A DNA stretch of 64,000 bases from Gemmataceae bacterium (GCA_009692065.1 SHZY01000008.1:10937-74936); one strand, 5' to 3'; positions 31,664 to 39,443 are shown, counted from the stretch's first letter. Numbers and translations: made by a program. The notes: a model not told the origin generated them from the letters alone.

Positions 31664-31727
31664 CCCATATAGCCCGCCGTTTACGGCGGGTCCACAAGCC
31701 TACCCGCCGTAATCGGCGGGCTATATG
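31664..31727. repeat. Nested hairpins CCATATAGC-[CCCGCCGTTTACGGCGGG]-...-[CCCGCCGTAATCGGCGGG]-GCTATATGG
   Basis: Direct reading, in the zwf 5-prime leader. A partial copy lies at 52925..52950. Confidence 0.65.
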
Positions 31728-31844
31728 GCGTGATTCGCCACGATTGGTATAGGGCGAAATGCGTCGCACGGCGATGAGGCAACACGTCCCATGAGATGTT
31801 ACGGGTGCGACGAGGGGTCCCGAGACCTCTGTATTCTCGATGAT

Positions 31845-33971
31845 TTAGTCGCGTGACGCGCGGAGTTCCCCTTCCACGCGACGAATGATGCGGAACCGGT
31901 CGTGCCAGATCTCGGCATCCCCGATATACGCTTGTTGTTGGCCATTCCAGTCCGTCAGGCTAGTAATCTCGACGTTGTCCCAGTAATCCCTTTCAAAAAC
32001 GGCCATGCGATCGTCGGTGGCAACTGCCCAGAGCTTGCATTTCGAGTAATCAAAATGTGAAAGAACTGCGTACCGGAAGGAAACCGGTGCAAAAAGCGAT
32101 TGCCCGAGCGTTTCGGGTTTCTTCTCGTGGCCCAATGCATCCGCGATGGTAGGCATGATGTCCGCGTGCGACGTAACAAACGTCACGTCGCCCGGCTCCA
32201 CCCCGGGAATATAGACGAGGCATGGCGTCATGGTTTGATGGATATTCAGCGATGAGCAATGCCCCAGGCGACCATGTTGGAAAAATTCCTCACCATGGTC
32301 GCCCGTGATGATCACGATCGTCTTGCTCAGGTCCACCTTTTGCAGGATGTCACGGTACCAATCATCCATGTTCAACAGAGTATTCTTGTAGCGATTGACG
32401 ATCTGTTCTTTCCACTCGAATAGTCCGGAGCGATTGTAGCTGAACTTATAGTCAACCTCGGGCAGGTATTTTTGGAATCGCGGTTCATCATCGTGATCGT
32501 AGGGATAATGGGTCGCGTGATAGAAGGAATAAACGAGGCGAAGGCCCGGCTTCGAAAGTTCCTCGTGAATCTCGGGGACGCACTTGAAATCGCCGGACGG
32601 TTCGCTGGTCGGCTCGGTCCATGGGTAAACGTAATGCCCCAGTTTGTGATGGCTCAGAATGCTACGTGAAATGAGCCGAGTCTTATAGCCTTTTTCGTGC
32701 AAATGAGTCTGGTAGGGGTTGTGTCGATAATATTCGCGCGGCCCCGTGAAGAAGGTCACGGGGCTGCCGTGCATCAATCCCATGATGCCGTAATGGGTGG
32801 CGTTGCCGCTGGCGAAATGGCGTTTCAGACGGAGGCACTTCTGGGAGAATTTGCTGAGGAAAGGCATATCGGGCAAGGTTTGGTAGAAGACCTCGGCATT
32901 CAAGGTTTCCGCTTGCAGAATCAGAATGTTGTCCGGCCTCGCGGGAACGTTGCGTTTCGGGACCGCGAGTAGGGGACCTTGGCTGCTTATCTCAAGCGAC
33001 TCGAGGCCGCGCAGAGCGGTGTTGGCAGCCGCGAGGTCCTGCGACTCCGGCGAGAAGCTGAAGACGACCCGATCCCAAGTGCGATCAAGGGATTGGAATC
33101 GCAATGGATTGGTGTCGGCGATCTGGCGCAAGACCGTACGTTCAGCTTGATTGTCCTGTTTTTCCTTGTCCATCGTCCAGATGACGACCGGATCGATCAT
33201 GACCAGCATGCCAATACACGCAAACGCGGCCTTGCTGTCGAGCCAACCCAAGACACGAAACACGGCGGCTTCGATCCAAAGCAAGACGATGGCGCGATAG
33301 AACCGTCGGCCAACGCGCCCGAAATGGGTCCGGCCGAGGGGACCGTTCCAGATCGCCCAAATACAGGAGCGAGGTTCGGGCCCGGCGCAGAAAGCGCAAA
33401 TCGCCAGGAAACCAAGGTGATACCCCAATTGCCAAGCCATTTCTTCGTAGTGCGAGGCGCTCAGGCCCAGATCGGCACTGGCATCGAAGTTGAAGAGCGC
33501 TCGGATTTCATTCCACGTTGCATGCTTTTGCGACATCTGAAACCATCGCATATTTCCTTCAAAGAAGACCAGGCCGAGAACAAGAACGATGAAGGCGATG
33601 CGACGATGGGTCAGGACACTGACTCGAGTGAGCATGAAAAAGAGGATGCCCGCCCACGCTGCCAAGGGGAGCAACGTCAGGAACCAGCGATAACCATACT
33701 CGTACCATGGCGGAGGATCGCCACCAAAATAATACCAATCACCGCGGAAGAGCGGATATTCCACCCAGTGCGTGATCAGATGATACCCGACGTAAACGGC
33801 GGCGAAGAGGAGGAAAATGAGCGTTCGGCGACGCCGAGCCTCGAACGTGCTCCACTCCGGCAGAGATTTGGCCTGAGCGTCAAGCAACTCGGCTGATGTG
33901 ACCTTGGGGGACTCGTCGATCGCAGAGGAAGATTGCATGACAGATAGCTCGCCAATTGGAAACCAACGCAA
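31845..33971 (-). CDS. Membrane-anchored sulfatase-like hydrolase/transferase (alkaline-phosphatase superfamily, LTA-synthase/PEA-transferase architecture)
   Basis: The N-terminal ~300 aa is polytopic. The C-terminal domain has ITGDHGEEF and HATHYPY blocks. The region looks AT-richer than its surroundings. Confidence 0.7.
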   Translation of the reverse strand: MRWFPIGELSVMQSSSAIDESPKVTSAELLDAQAKSLPEWSTFEARRRRTLIFLLFAAVYVGYHLITHWVEYPLFRGDWYYFGGDPPPWYEYGYRWFLTLLPLAAWAGILFFMLTRVSVLTHRRIAFIVLVLGLVFFEGNMRWFQMSQKHATWNEIRALFNFDASADLGLSASHYEEMAWQLGYHLGFLAICAFCAGPEPRSCIWAIWNGPLGRTHFGRVGRRFYRAIVLLWIEAAVFRVLGWLDSKAAFACIGMLVMIDPVVIWTMDKEKQDNQAERTVLRQIADTNPLRFQSLDRTWDRVVFSFSPESQDLAAANTALRGLESLEISSQGPLLAVPKRNVPARPDNILILQAETLNAEVFYQTLPDMPFLSKFSQKCLRLKRHFASGNATHYGIMGLMHGSPVTFFTGPREYYRHNPYQTHLHEKGYKTRLISRSILSHHKLGHYVYPWTEPTSEPSGDFKCVPEIHEELSKPGLRLVYSFYHATHYPYDHDDEPRFQKYLPEVDYKFSYNRSGLFEWKEQIVNRYKNTLLNMDDWYRDILQKVDLSKTIVIITGDHGEEFFQHGRLGHCSSLNIHQTMTPCLVYIPGVEPGDVTFVTSHADIMPTIADALGHEKKPETLGQSLFAPVSFRYAVLSHFDYSKCKLWAVATDDRMAVFERDYWDNVEITSLTDWNGQQQAYIGDAEIWHDRFRIIRRVEGELRASRD

Positions 33972-34018
33972 CGGCTAGTGCATTGTCAACCGTGAACGGA
34001 TGGATCTTGTGAGTTCGA

Positions 34019-34069
34019 GCCCGAGCGCCAAGCGAAGGGCAAACGGCACCCCTCGCTTGGCGCTCGGGC
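34019..34069. repeat. Hairpin GCCCGAGCGCCAAGCGA ... TCGCTTGGCGCTCGGGC
   Basis: 17-bp perfect arms. Confidence 0.6.
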
Positions 34070-34328
34070 CCGGACATCCATCAACACACGCGTGTCGAGG
34101 CGCTCGGCTCCCCAAGACTCTCAAATCCGTTCGCACGAAGTCTAAAAATAGGATAAGGGTTCCTTCTGCGCATCGTCAAGAATAATCCACGCAATCTTCA
34201 TCGAGCGGTTCGCACGGCTTTCGTAGCAAAGTCGGCGGTTCCCGAGGTCACGCACCGCTGATAATTGGCATTGATTGGAGTGTTGCCTACTCGAAGCTGG
34301 CACTCGGGTTGGTAAAAGTGGTGGCCGC

Positions 34329-34463
34329 CTACTTGTCCTTATCTTTTTTGGATGGGATGGGCTTATCGAGGTCCTTGTTGACCGGCTCATTGCCGCCGCT
34401 GCAGCCAAAGATCGGCAACAAGAGGAGCAAGCAAATCCAGCAGGATAGTCGGCCGAGGGGCAT
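34329..34463 (-). CDS. 44-aa lipoprotein (not in the ORF track)
   Basis: Hand translation gives MPLGRLSCWICLLLLLPIFGCSGGNEPVNKDLDKPIPSKKDKDK. It has a lipobox LPIFGC and a Lys/Asp/Pro-rich tail. The SD is weak. Confidence 0.4.
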   Translation of the reverse strand: MPLGRLSCWICLLLLLPIFGCSGGNEPVNKDLDKPIPSKKDKDK

Positions 34464-34494
34464 GAAAAAATCTCAGGATTGACGATTGAATCGG

Positions 34495-34530
34495 AAAAAA
34501 AAAGGGGCCGATTCGTTGGCGAATCGGCCC
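34495..34530 (-). terminator. Rho-independent terminator
   Basis: On the minus strand: GGGCCGATTCG-CCAA-CGAATCGGCCC followed by a run of 9 T, about 35 nt downstream of the 34564 stop. Confidence 0.65.
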
Positions 34531-34563
34531 TGGTTACCGTACTTCGTTCGCCGACGAAGATGA

Positions 34564-34737
34564 TTACGTCTTCGTCTTGGCTTCGGTCGTCGTCTTGGCT
34601 TCGGTCGCCGGCTTGTCGGTTATCGGCTTCGGGTCCGGTGCCGTCTTGACCGCGGGCTTGCCCGGGCAGCCGGTCAAGCCGATGCTCATACCGCTAACCA
34701 GAGCGAATGTGCAGACGATTGCGAGCAATTTCTTCAC
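34564..34737 (-). CDS. 57-aa lipoprotein with a Lys/Thr/Pro/Glu-rich tail
   Basis: The GTG at 34737 is preceded by AGGTAGGA. The product is (M)KKLLAIVCTFALVSGMSIGLTGCPGKPAVKTAPDPKPITDKPATEAKTTTEAKTKT, with lipobox LTGC. Confidence 0.5.
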   Translation of the reverse strand: MKKLLAIVCTFALVSGMSIGLTGCPGKPAVKTAPDPKPITDKPATEAKTTTEAKTKT

Positions 34738-34859
34738 AGAAATCCTACCTTTCGTGAAAAATAACAAACTGGTCTTCCTACACCAAAAACATTTGGACGA
34801 ACTAACCGCCCGTCGCTCAGCCCGTGATGAACTGGCCACGATGATTCAGGCGGACGTCT

Positions 34860-35294
34860 TCACGATGAATGAACAACGGCATTGCGGAGTTGAGCCACGA
34901 GCGGCAGCCCATTCAGGCTGTTGAGGCTGGTGGTTTTCTTTTCGTCAGTCTTGGTCTTTTCTTCGGTCTTGGTTTTACCTTCTGTCTTGGTTTTACCTTC
35001 TGTCTTGGTCTTTTCTTCGGTCTTGGTCTTTTCTTCGGTCTTGGTCTTTTCTTCGGTCTTGGTCTTTTCTTCGGTCTTGGTCTTTTCTTCGGTCTTGGTC
35101 TTTTCTTCGGTCGGGGTCTTGACTTCGGTCGGAGTCTTGATTCCGGTCGGAGTCTTGATTCCGGTCGGAGTCTTGATTCCGGTCGGCGTCTTGGCCGGCG
35201 TCCCCTGGACATTTTCCTTTGTGCACCCAGTGGTGCCCATCGACAGCACAACGGCCACGCACGCACAGATGAATAGCCCAATCAACTTCTTCAT
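34860..35294 (-). CDS. Lipoprotein with 15 tandem hexapeptide repeats (KTPTGI x3, KTPTE[VE], KTKTEE x6 ...)
   Basis: The ATG at 35294 gives MKKLIGLFICACVAVVLSMGTTGC, with a lipobox. The repeats cover aa 35-124. Confidence 0.6.
   Translation of the reverse strand: MKKLIGLFICACVAVVLSMGTTGCTKENVQGTPAKTPTGIKTPTGIKTPTGIKTPTEVKTPTEEKTKTEEKTKTEEKTKTEEKTKTEEKTKTEEKTKTEGKTKTEGKTKTEEKTKTDEKKTTSLNSLNGLPLVAQLRNAVVHSS
34923..35192. repeat. 18-bp tandem repeat array (coding)
   Basis: Five consecutive identical GGTCTTGGTCTTTTCTTC units at 35019..35108 and three identical GGTCGGAGTCTTGATTCC units at 35127..35180, plus diverged flanking units. Confidence 0.9.
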
Positions 35295-35495
35295 GGATGA
35301 ACCTCTCCTGTAGTGGAACAAACGAGGCAGACCAACTCACGTCGGTAAACGCTTCCGACCGGTCCACCCCGCAAATTACTGTTTAGTATGATGCACAAAT
35401 TCTAAGGATATTCCTGGAAAGTTTGCTTTCAAGAACTAAATGTGCAAATCATGCAATTTTTCTCGAATTGCAGCTGCAAGCGATCATGTCCGCTC

Positions 35496-35610
35496 GTTCC
35501 CAAGCTCTGCTCGGGAACGCAAGGCGGCAGGCTCCGCTTCCCCTTATCTTGATGCGTTCGGTTCCGTTGCGACCTCGCGCGCTAACAGCCAAGAAGCAGA
35601 GCTTGGGAAC
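35496..35610. repeat. Long-loop inverted repeat GTTCCCAAGCTCTGCT ... AGCAGAGCTTGGGAAC
   Basis: 16-bp perfect arms in the divergent lipoprotein/ECF-sigma intergenic region. Confidence 0.6.
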
Positions 35611-35671
35611 GAGGGGTAATGCGGAAATGCTCTGGCGTCGCAAGGGTGGCGGTTTATAATGGGCCAATTGA

Positions 35672-35714
35672 GGCTTGACGCTCGCGTGGCGCCTTGCGAG
35701 TGCCAAGCCGCAAG
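35672..35714. repeat. Degenerate REP-like element with a GGCGCC apex
   Basis: GGCTTGACGCTCGCGTGGCGCCTTGCGAGTGCCAAGCCGCAAGC. Confidence 0.45.
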
Positions 35715-35779
35715 CGATAAAGACGGCGGCGGGAATAAACCCCGCCCCCATGGCTCATATCTGCCAGGGAGTTCCACGC

Positions 35780-36316
35780 ATGCTAGGGTTCGGCCGCTCC
35801 AAACCCGCGATCGACTCGCTCGTGGAGGCCCACTATGCCGCCCTGTATCGTTACGCCTATCGCCTGTGCGGTTCCTCCCAGGACGCGGAAGACTTGACGC
35901 AGGAAACCTTTTGCCTGGCTCAGAAGAAGCTCTTCCAGCTGCGTGAGGATGCCCGGGCGAAGTCGTGGCTGTTCACCATCCTGCGAAACGCCTACCTGCA
36001 TCGGCTGCGTGCGAGCAAACAGGAAAAGCAGGTATCGCTGGAGGCCGTGGGCGAACTCTCGGAGCGCGGGCCGGAGCCGTTGCCCGCCGTGGATTCAGCC
36101 CATCTGCAAAAAGCGTTGAACGAGTTACCGGAGGCGTTCCGGACGCCGATCGTTCTTTTTTATTTCGAGGATTTCAGTTACAAGGACATCGTGGAACAGA
36201 TGAATGTGCCCTTGGGAACAGTGATGTCGCGGCTTGCCCGGGCCAAGGCGTTTCTGCGTCAGCGTCTGGCGGAGCCGGCGGAACTGATGGGAAAGACGAA
36301 CCAGGGGGAGGGTTAA
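35780..36316 (+). CDS. ECF-type RNA polymerase sigma-70 family factor
   Basis: Region 2 YRYAYRLCGSSQDAEDLTQETF and region 4 EDFSYKDIVEQMNVPLGTVMSRLARAK. The start could also be 35750. Confidence 0.85.
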   Translation: MLGFGRSKPAIDSLVEAHYAALYRYAYRLCGSSQDAEDLTQETFCLAQKKLFQLREDARAKSWLFTILRNAYLHRLRASKQEKQVSLEAVGELSERGPEPLPAVDSAHLQKALNELPEAFRTPIVLFYFEDFSYKDIVEQMNVPLGTVMSRLARAKAFLRQRLAEPAELMGKTNQGEG

Positions 36317-36318
36317 TC

Positions 36319-37008
36319 ATGGAATGCCAAGACGTCAAACAACTGCTGGCTTTCGCCGACCGCAAGTGTGCGGAGCTGGACGCTCCCGAGCTTGACTCGC
36401 TGAAGCAGCACCTGGAAACCTGCCCGACCTGCGCAGAGGCGGCACAGGCCGAACGCGCGTTGGATGATGCGGTGGGTCCGGTGCTGCGCGACGTGGCAGT
36501 GCCCGCGGATCTCAAAGCGAAGGTGCTGAAGCGGCTGGCGGCGGAACGAGGCGCCGTGCCGTGGAAGCGCGTCCTGGCCGCAGCGGCGGCGATCTTGATC
36601 GCGGTGACCGGAGGCGTCGTGTGGTTGAATAGCCCGGCGACCGCGGTTTCCGAGGACGAACTGCGCCAGTTTGTTTCCATGAATCAATGGACTCAAGAGA
36701 CGGCGAAACAGTTTTTGAAGGATCAGGGCCTCGTGGGCCTGCCGCCAGACAACTTCGAGTACGGACTCTTGCAACACGTCGATGTGATCCGCTTTCAGGG
36801 TCGGCTGGTCGGCAAGCTGACTTTTTCGCGCGGCGACGAGTGCACAGCGAGCGTACTGATCCTGCCGTGGAAGCAGTTCAGCACGAAACACCTAACAGAG
36901 AATCCGACTTCCCTTTCCATTCGGCATGACGATGTGAATGAGGTCACGTACCTGATCTTGTTCCGCGGCAATCTTGATGCCCTGCGACCGAAGCCACCCA
37001 TCACTTGA
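36319..37008 (+). CDS. Anti-sigma factor (zf-HC2, single TM)
   Basis: The ATG at 36319 is 3 nt after the sigma stop. It has H-x3-C-x2-C (HLETCPTC) and a TM (VLAAAAAILIAVTGGVVWL). Confidence 0.7.
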   Translation: MECQDVKQLLAFADRKCAELDAPELDSLKQHLETCPTCAEAAQAERALDDAVGPVLRDVAVPADLKAKVLKRLAAERGAVPWKRVLAAAAAILIAVTGGVVWLNSPATAVSEDELRQFVSMNQWTQETAKQFLKDQGLVGLPPDNFEYGLLQHVDVIRFQGRLVGKLTFSRGDECTASVLILPWKQFSTKHLTENPTSLSIRHDDVNEVTYLILFRGNLDALRPKPPIT

Positions 37009-37117
37009 GGCGAATGCCGCCCATTGATGGTTCACACCAGCCCCGCGCTCAAGCGTGGTCTTGCATTGCCAACGTCGAATCCCCCGCGCGGGTTTTGCAT
37101 TCGTTTTTTTGAGCACT

Positions 37118-37296
37118 GAAAGTGCGGCAACAAACCAGCCCAGGGCAACGCCCTGGGCTTTTCACTCGCCTCCGTGTATTCGCCCTGAAAGGGCACAACA
37201 AACACGGCAATGCAGCTTTTTTGGCCCTTACAGGGCAATGTTCATTGTTAACGTCGTTTCCCAGGGCGTTGCCCTGGGCTAATATGTTGCCGCACC
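37118..37296. repeat. ~180-bp structured element: outer arms GTGCGGCAACA/TGTTGCCGCAC enclosing two CCCAGGGC-NNNN-GCCCTGGG hairpins
   Basis: Hairpins at 37137..37159 and 37259..37280; outer arms at 37122..37132 and 37286..37296. Confidence 0.6.
37138..37163 (+). terminator. Candidate rho-independent terminator GCCCAGGG-CAAC-GCCCTGGGC + TTTT
   Basis: Direct reading, downstream of the anti-sigma gene. It forms part of a larger structured element. Confidence 0.45.
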
Positions 37297-37453
37297 TTCG
37301 GTGCTCCGGACAAACGCAACGCCAATTCATCCGAGCCCGCCTGATTCGCTGACTTCCATTGATTCGATTTTCCCCGTCCGGCGTCTATAGTGATAGCATT
37401 CCCCGGCGCCGCTCGGGGGCTATCCGCTCTTCCCCTCGCACCGGAGTGAACCC

Positions 37454-38812
37454 ATGCCGACACGTTGGCTTGCCGCCGCAATCGTTTTTGGCTTTGCATG
37501 CTGCAGCGCCGCCCACGCCGACGATTGGCCGCAGTGGCTCGGCCCCCAGCGAGACGGAGTCTGGCGTGAGGCCGGCATTGTCGCCAAGTTCCCGGAAGGA
37601 GGGCCGAAGGTTCGCTGGCGCACGCCGATTGCGGAGGGCTACTCCGGGCCGGCCGTCGCAAATGGCAAGGTCTACATCACCGATCGCGTTCGCGCCAAGG
37701 GGGTCAAGAATCCCGATAACGCCTTCGACCGCAAGACGCGCGTCGCCGGTGTCGAACGCGTCCTGTGCCTGAACGAGGCCGACGGTAAGATCGTCTGGGA
37801 GCAGGTATACCCGTGTGAATACCAGATCAGCTACGCTTCCGGCCCGCGCACGACACCCATTGTTGCAGGCGGCAAGGTCTACACCTATGGCGCCATGGGG
37901 CATCTCTACTGCTTCGACGCCGACACCGGCAAGATTCACTGGTCGAAGGAGATGCTCAAGGAATATAAGATGAACGTTCCCGTGTGGGGCTTTTCCGGCA
38001 ACCCACTCTTGGACGGCGACCGGCTCATCTGCCTCGTCGGCGGCGAAGGCTCCGTCGCTGTCGCATTCCACAAAGACACTGGCAAAGAAATCTGGAAATC
38101 CCTCTCGTCCGCCGAGCCGGGCTACGCACCGCCGGTGATTTTCGAGATCGGCGGCAAACGCCAGCTCATCCTCTGGCATCCCGAATCGATCAACTCGCTC
38201 GATCCGAAGTCGGGCAAAGTCTACTGGTCGCACCGCTACAACAAGAAAAAACAGCTCGGCGCCGGCATGTCGATCCCGACGCCGCGGCTCGACGGGGACA
38301 ATCTTTTTTTCACCAACTTCTATGACGGCTCGCTTATGCTCAAAACCAACGGAACCCAGCCGCCGACAATTACCTGGCAAAAAGCCGGCCGCAGTGTGAT
38401 GCCCGAGGACACCGATGGATTGCACAGCGTCATGGTCACCCCAGTCATCAAGAGCGGCCACATCTACGGGGTTGACTCCTATGGTGAAATGCGCTGTCTC
38501 GACGAGAAGACCGGCGAACGCATCTGGAGCACGCATCAACCCGTGACGGGCAAGTCGACACGCTGGGGCAATGCGTTCATCGTCGAGCAAGGCGGCCGAT
38601 TCATCCTCTTCAACGAGCTGGGCGATCTGATCATCTGCAAGATGACGCCGAAGGGTTACGAGGAAATCGATCGCGCCAACATCCTGACGCCGACGAATAC
38701 GATGGCGCCGCCGGGAGGCCGCCGGGTGATCTGGTCGCATCCGGCCTTCGCGAACCGTTCGGTGTACGCGCGGAACGACAAGGAAATCATCTGCGTGTCG
38801 ATGGCGCAGTGA
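37454..38812 (+). CDS. Secreted PQQ-like beta-propeller repeat protein
   Basis: Signal peptide followed by the DDWPQWLGPQRDGVW motif. Repeated blades, e.g. GKVYTYGAMGHLYCFDADTGK. Confidence 0.8.
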   Translation: MPTRWLAAAIVFGFACCSAAHADDWPQWLGPQRDGVWREAGIVAKFPEGGPKVRWRTPIAEGYSGPAVANGKVYITDRVRAKGVKNPDNAFDRKTRVAGVERVLCLNEADGKIVWEQVYPCEYQISYASGPRTTPIVAGGKVYTYGAMGHLYCFDADTGKIHWSKEMLKEYKMNVPVWGFSGNPLLDGDRLICLVGGEGSVAVAFHKDTGKEIWKSLSSAEPGYAPPVIFEIGGKRQLILWHPESINSLDPKSGKVYWSHRYNKKKQLGAGMSIPTPRLDGDNLFFTNFYDGSLMLKTNGTQPPTITWQKAGRSVMPEDTDGLHSVMVTPVIKSGHIYGVDSYGEMRCLDEKTGERIWSTHQPVTGKSTRWGNAFIVEQGGRFILFNELGDLIICKMTPKGYEEIDRANILTPTNTMAPPGGRRVIWSHPAFANRSVYARNDKEIICVSMAQ

Positions 38813-38825
38813 TGTCCATCTCCTT

Positions 38826-38861
38826 GTTTAGCGTTCGCGTGGCGCCACGCGAACGCTAAAC
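38826..38861. repeat. REP-like element, perfect 36-nt palindrome GTTTAGCGTTCGCGTGGCGCCACGCGAACGCTAAAC
   Basis: Direct reading, 14 nt after the upstream stop. Confidence 0.9.
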
Positions 38862-38890
38862 GTAAACTGTGCTTTCTTCTCAATTCCTGC

Positions 38891-38938
38891 TTGACACATC
38901 CCCGCTTGCCGATAGATAATATTGAGACTGAATCTCAA
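38891..38938 (+). promoter_or_regulatory. Candidate sigma-70 promoter (TTGACA-18 nt-GATAAT) with an overlapping/adjacent inverted repeat TTGAGA-N5-TCTCAA upstream of feoA
   Basis: TTGACA at 38891..38896, GATAAT at 38915..38920, inverted repeat at 38922..38927 and 38933..38938. The AT-rich GATAGATAATATTGAGA stretch is loosely Fur-box-like. Confidence 0.4.
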
Positions 38939-38962
38939 GTGCGTCTTGTACGGAGTTTGTCT

Positions 38963-39202
38963 GTGCCTACCGACTTGATTCCGCTCGAATATCTGCACAC
39001 CGGGCAGTGGGCCGACGTGGCCGACGTTGCTGGCGAGCCCGGCTGGATAACCCGGCTCGCAGAGATGGGCGTGCGCATCGGCAGTCGGCTGCGCGTGTTG
39101 CAGGGGGGCAGCCCGTGCCTCCTGCAGATTGGCGATTGCCGCCTCAGCCTGCGGGGCGACTTCACGGCACAGATTCTCGTTCGCCCGGTGATTGCCGAGT
39201 AG
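38963..39202 (+). CDS. feoA: FeoA-family protein
   Basis: GTG at 38963 with GGAG 7 nt upstream. FeoA/SH3-like sequence LHTGQWADVADVAGEPGWITRLAEMGVRIGSRLRV. The ORF-track TTG start at 38891 is the promoter -35 hexamer. Confidence 0.7.
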   Translation: MPTDLIPLEYLHTGQWADVADVAGEPGWITRLAEMGVRIGSRLRVLQGGSPCLLQIGDCRLSLRGDFTAQILVRPVIAE

Positions 39203-39215
39203 GGCCGCGTGATCC

Positions 39216-39443
39216 ATGACGCTCAACGAGATCAAACCCGGCCAGCGCGTTCGCATCGAAAGCCTGCTCGGTGATGACGTGGTCCTCCAGCGATTGATGG
39301 AAATGGGCCTTCTCGAAGACGAAGAACTCGAAGTCATCGGCTTCGCTCCGATGGGCGATCCCATGGAAATCCGCCTGCGTGACTACCGCCTGAGTCTGCG
39401 CCGCACCGAAGCTGCCCGTATTCGCGTCACCCTCCTGCCCTGA
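39216..39443 (+). CDS. feoA: FeoA-family protein (second copy)
   Basis: MTLNEIKPGQRVRIESLLGDDVVLQRLMEMGLLEDEELEV is a typical FeoA sequence. Confidence 0.8.
   Translation: MTLNEIKPGQRVRIESLLGDDVVLQRLMEMGLLEDEELEVIGFAPMGDPMEIRLRDYRLSLRRTEAARIRVTLLP

Noticed and set aside
34001-34035. GAGTTCGAGCCCGAGCGCCA, which resembles a tRNA T-loop/3-prime end
   Set aside because: No complementary T-stem or acceptor stem can be drawn. The sequence is the left arm of the 34019..34069 palindrome.
34142-34408. 88-aa minus-strand ORF in the sulfatase/lipoprotein gap
   Set aside because: It is Arg/Ser/Pro-rich with no signal or motif, and it is out of frame with, and overlapping, the more plausible 44-aa lipoprotein ORF.
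34923-35192. Regular 18-bp repeats that could be taken for a CRISPR-like array
   Set aside because: There are no spacers: the units are directly adjacent. The array is in frame within a lipoprotein gene, encoding hexapeptide repeats, and no cas genes are nearby.
38891-38962. ORF-track TTG start of the first feoA at 38891
   Set aside because: The TTG is the first codon of a TTGACA -35-like hexamer in AT-rich promoter-like DNA. A GTG at 38963 with an upstream GGAG gives a normal-length FeoA.
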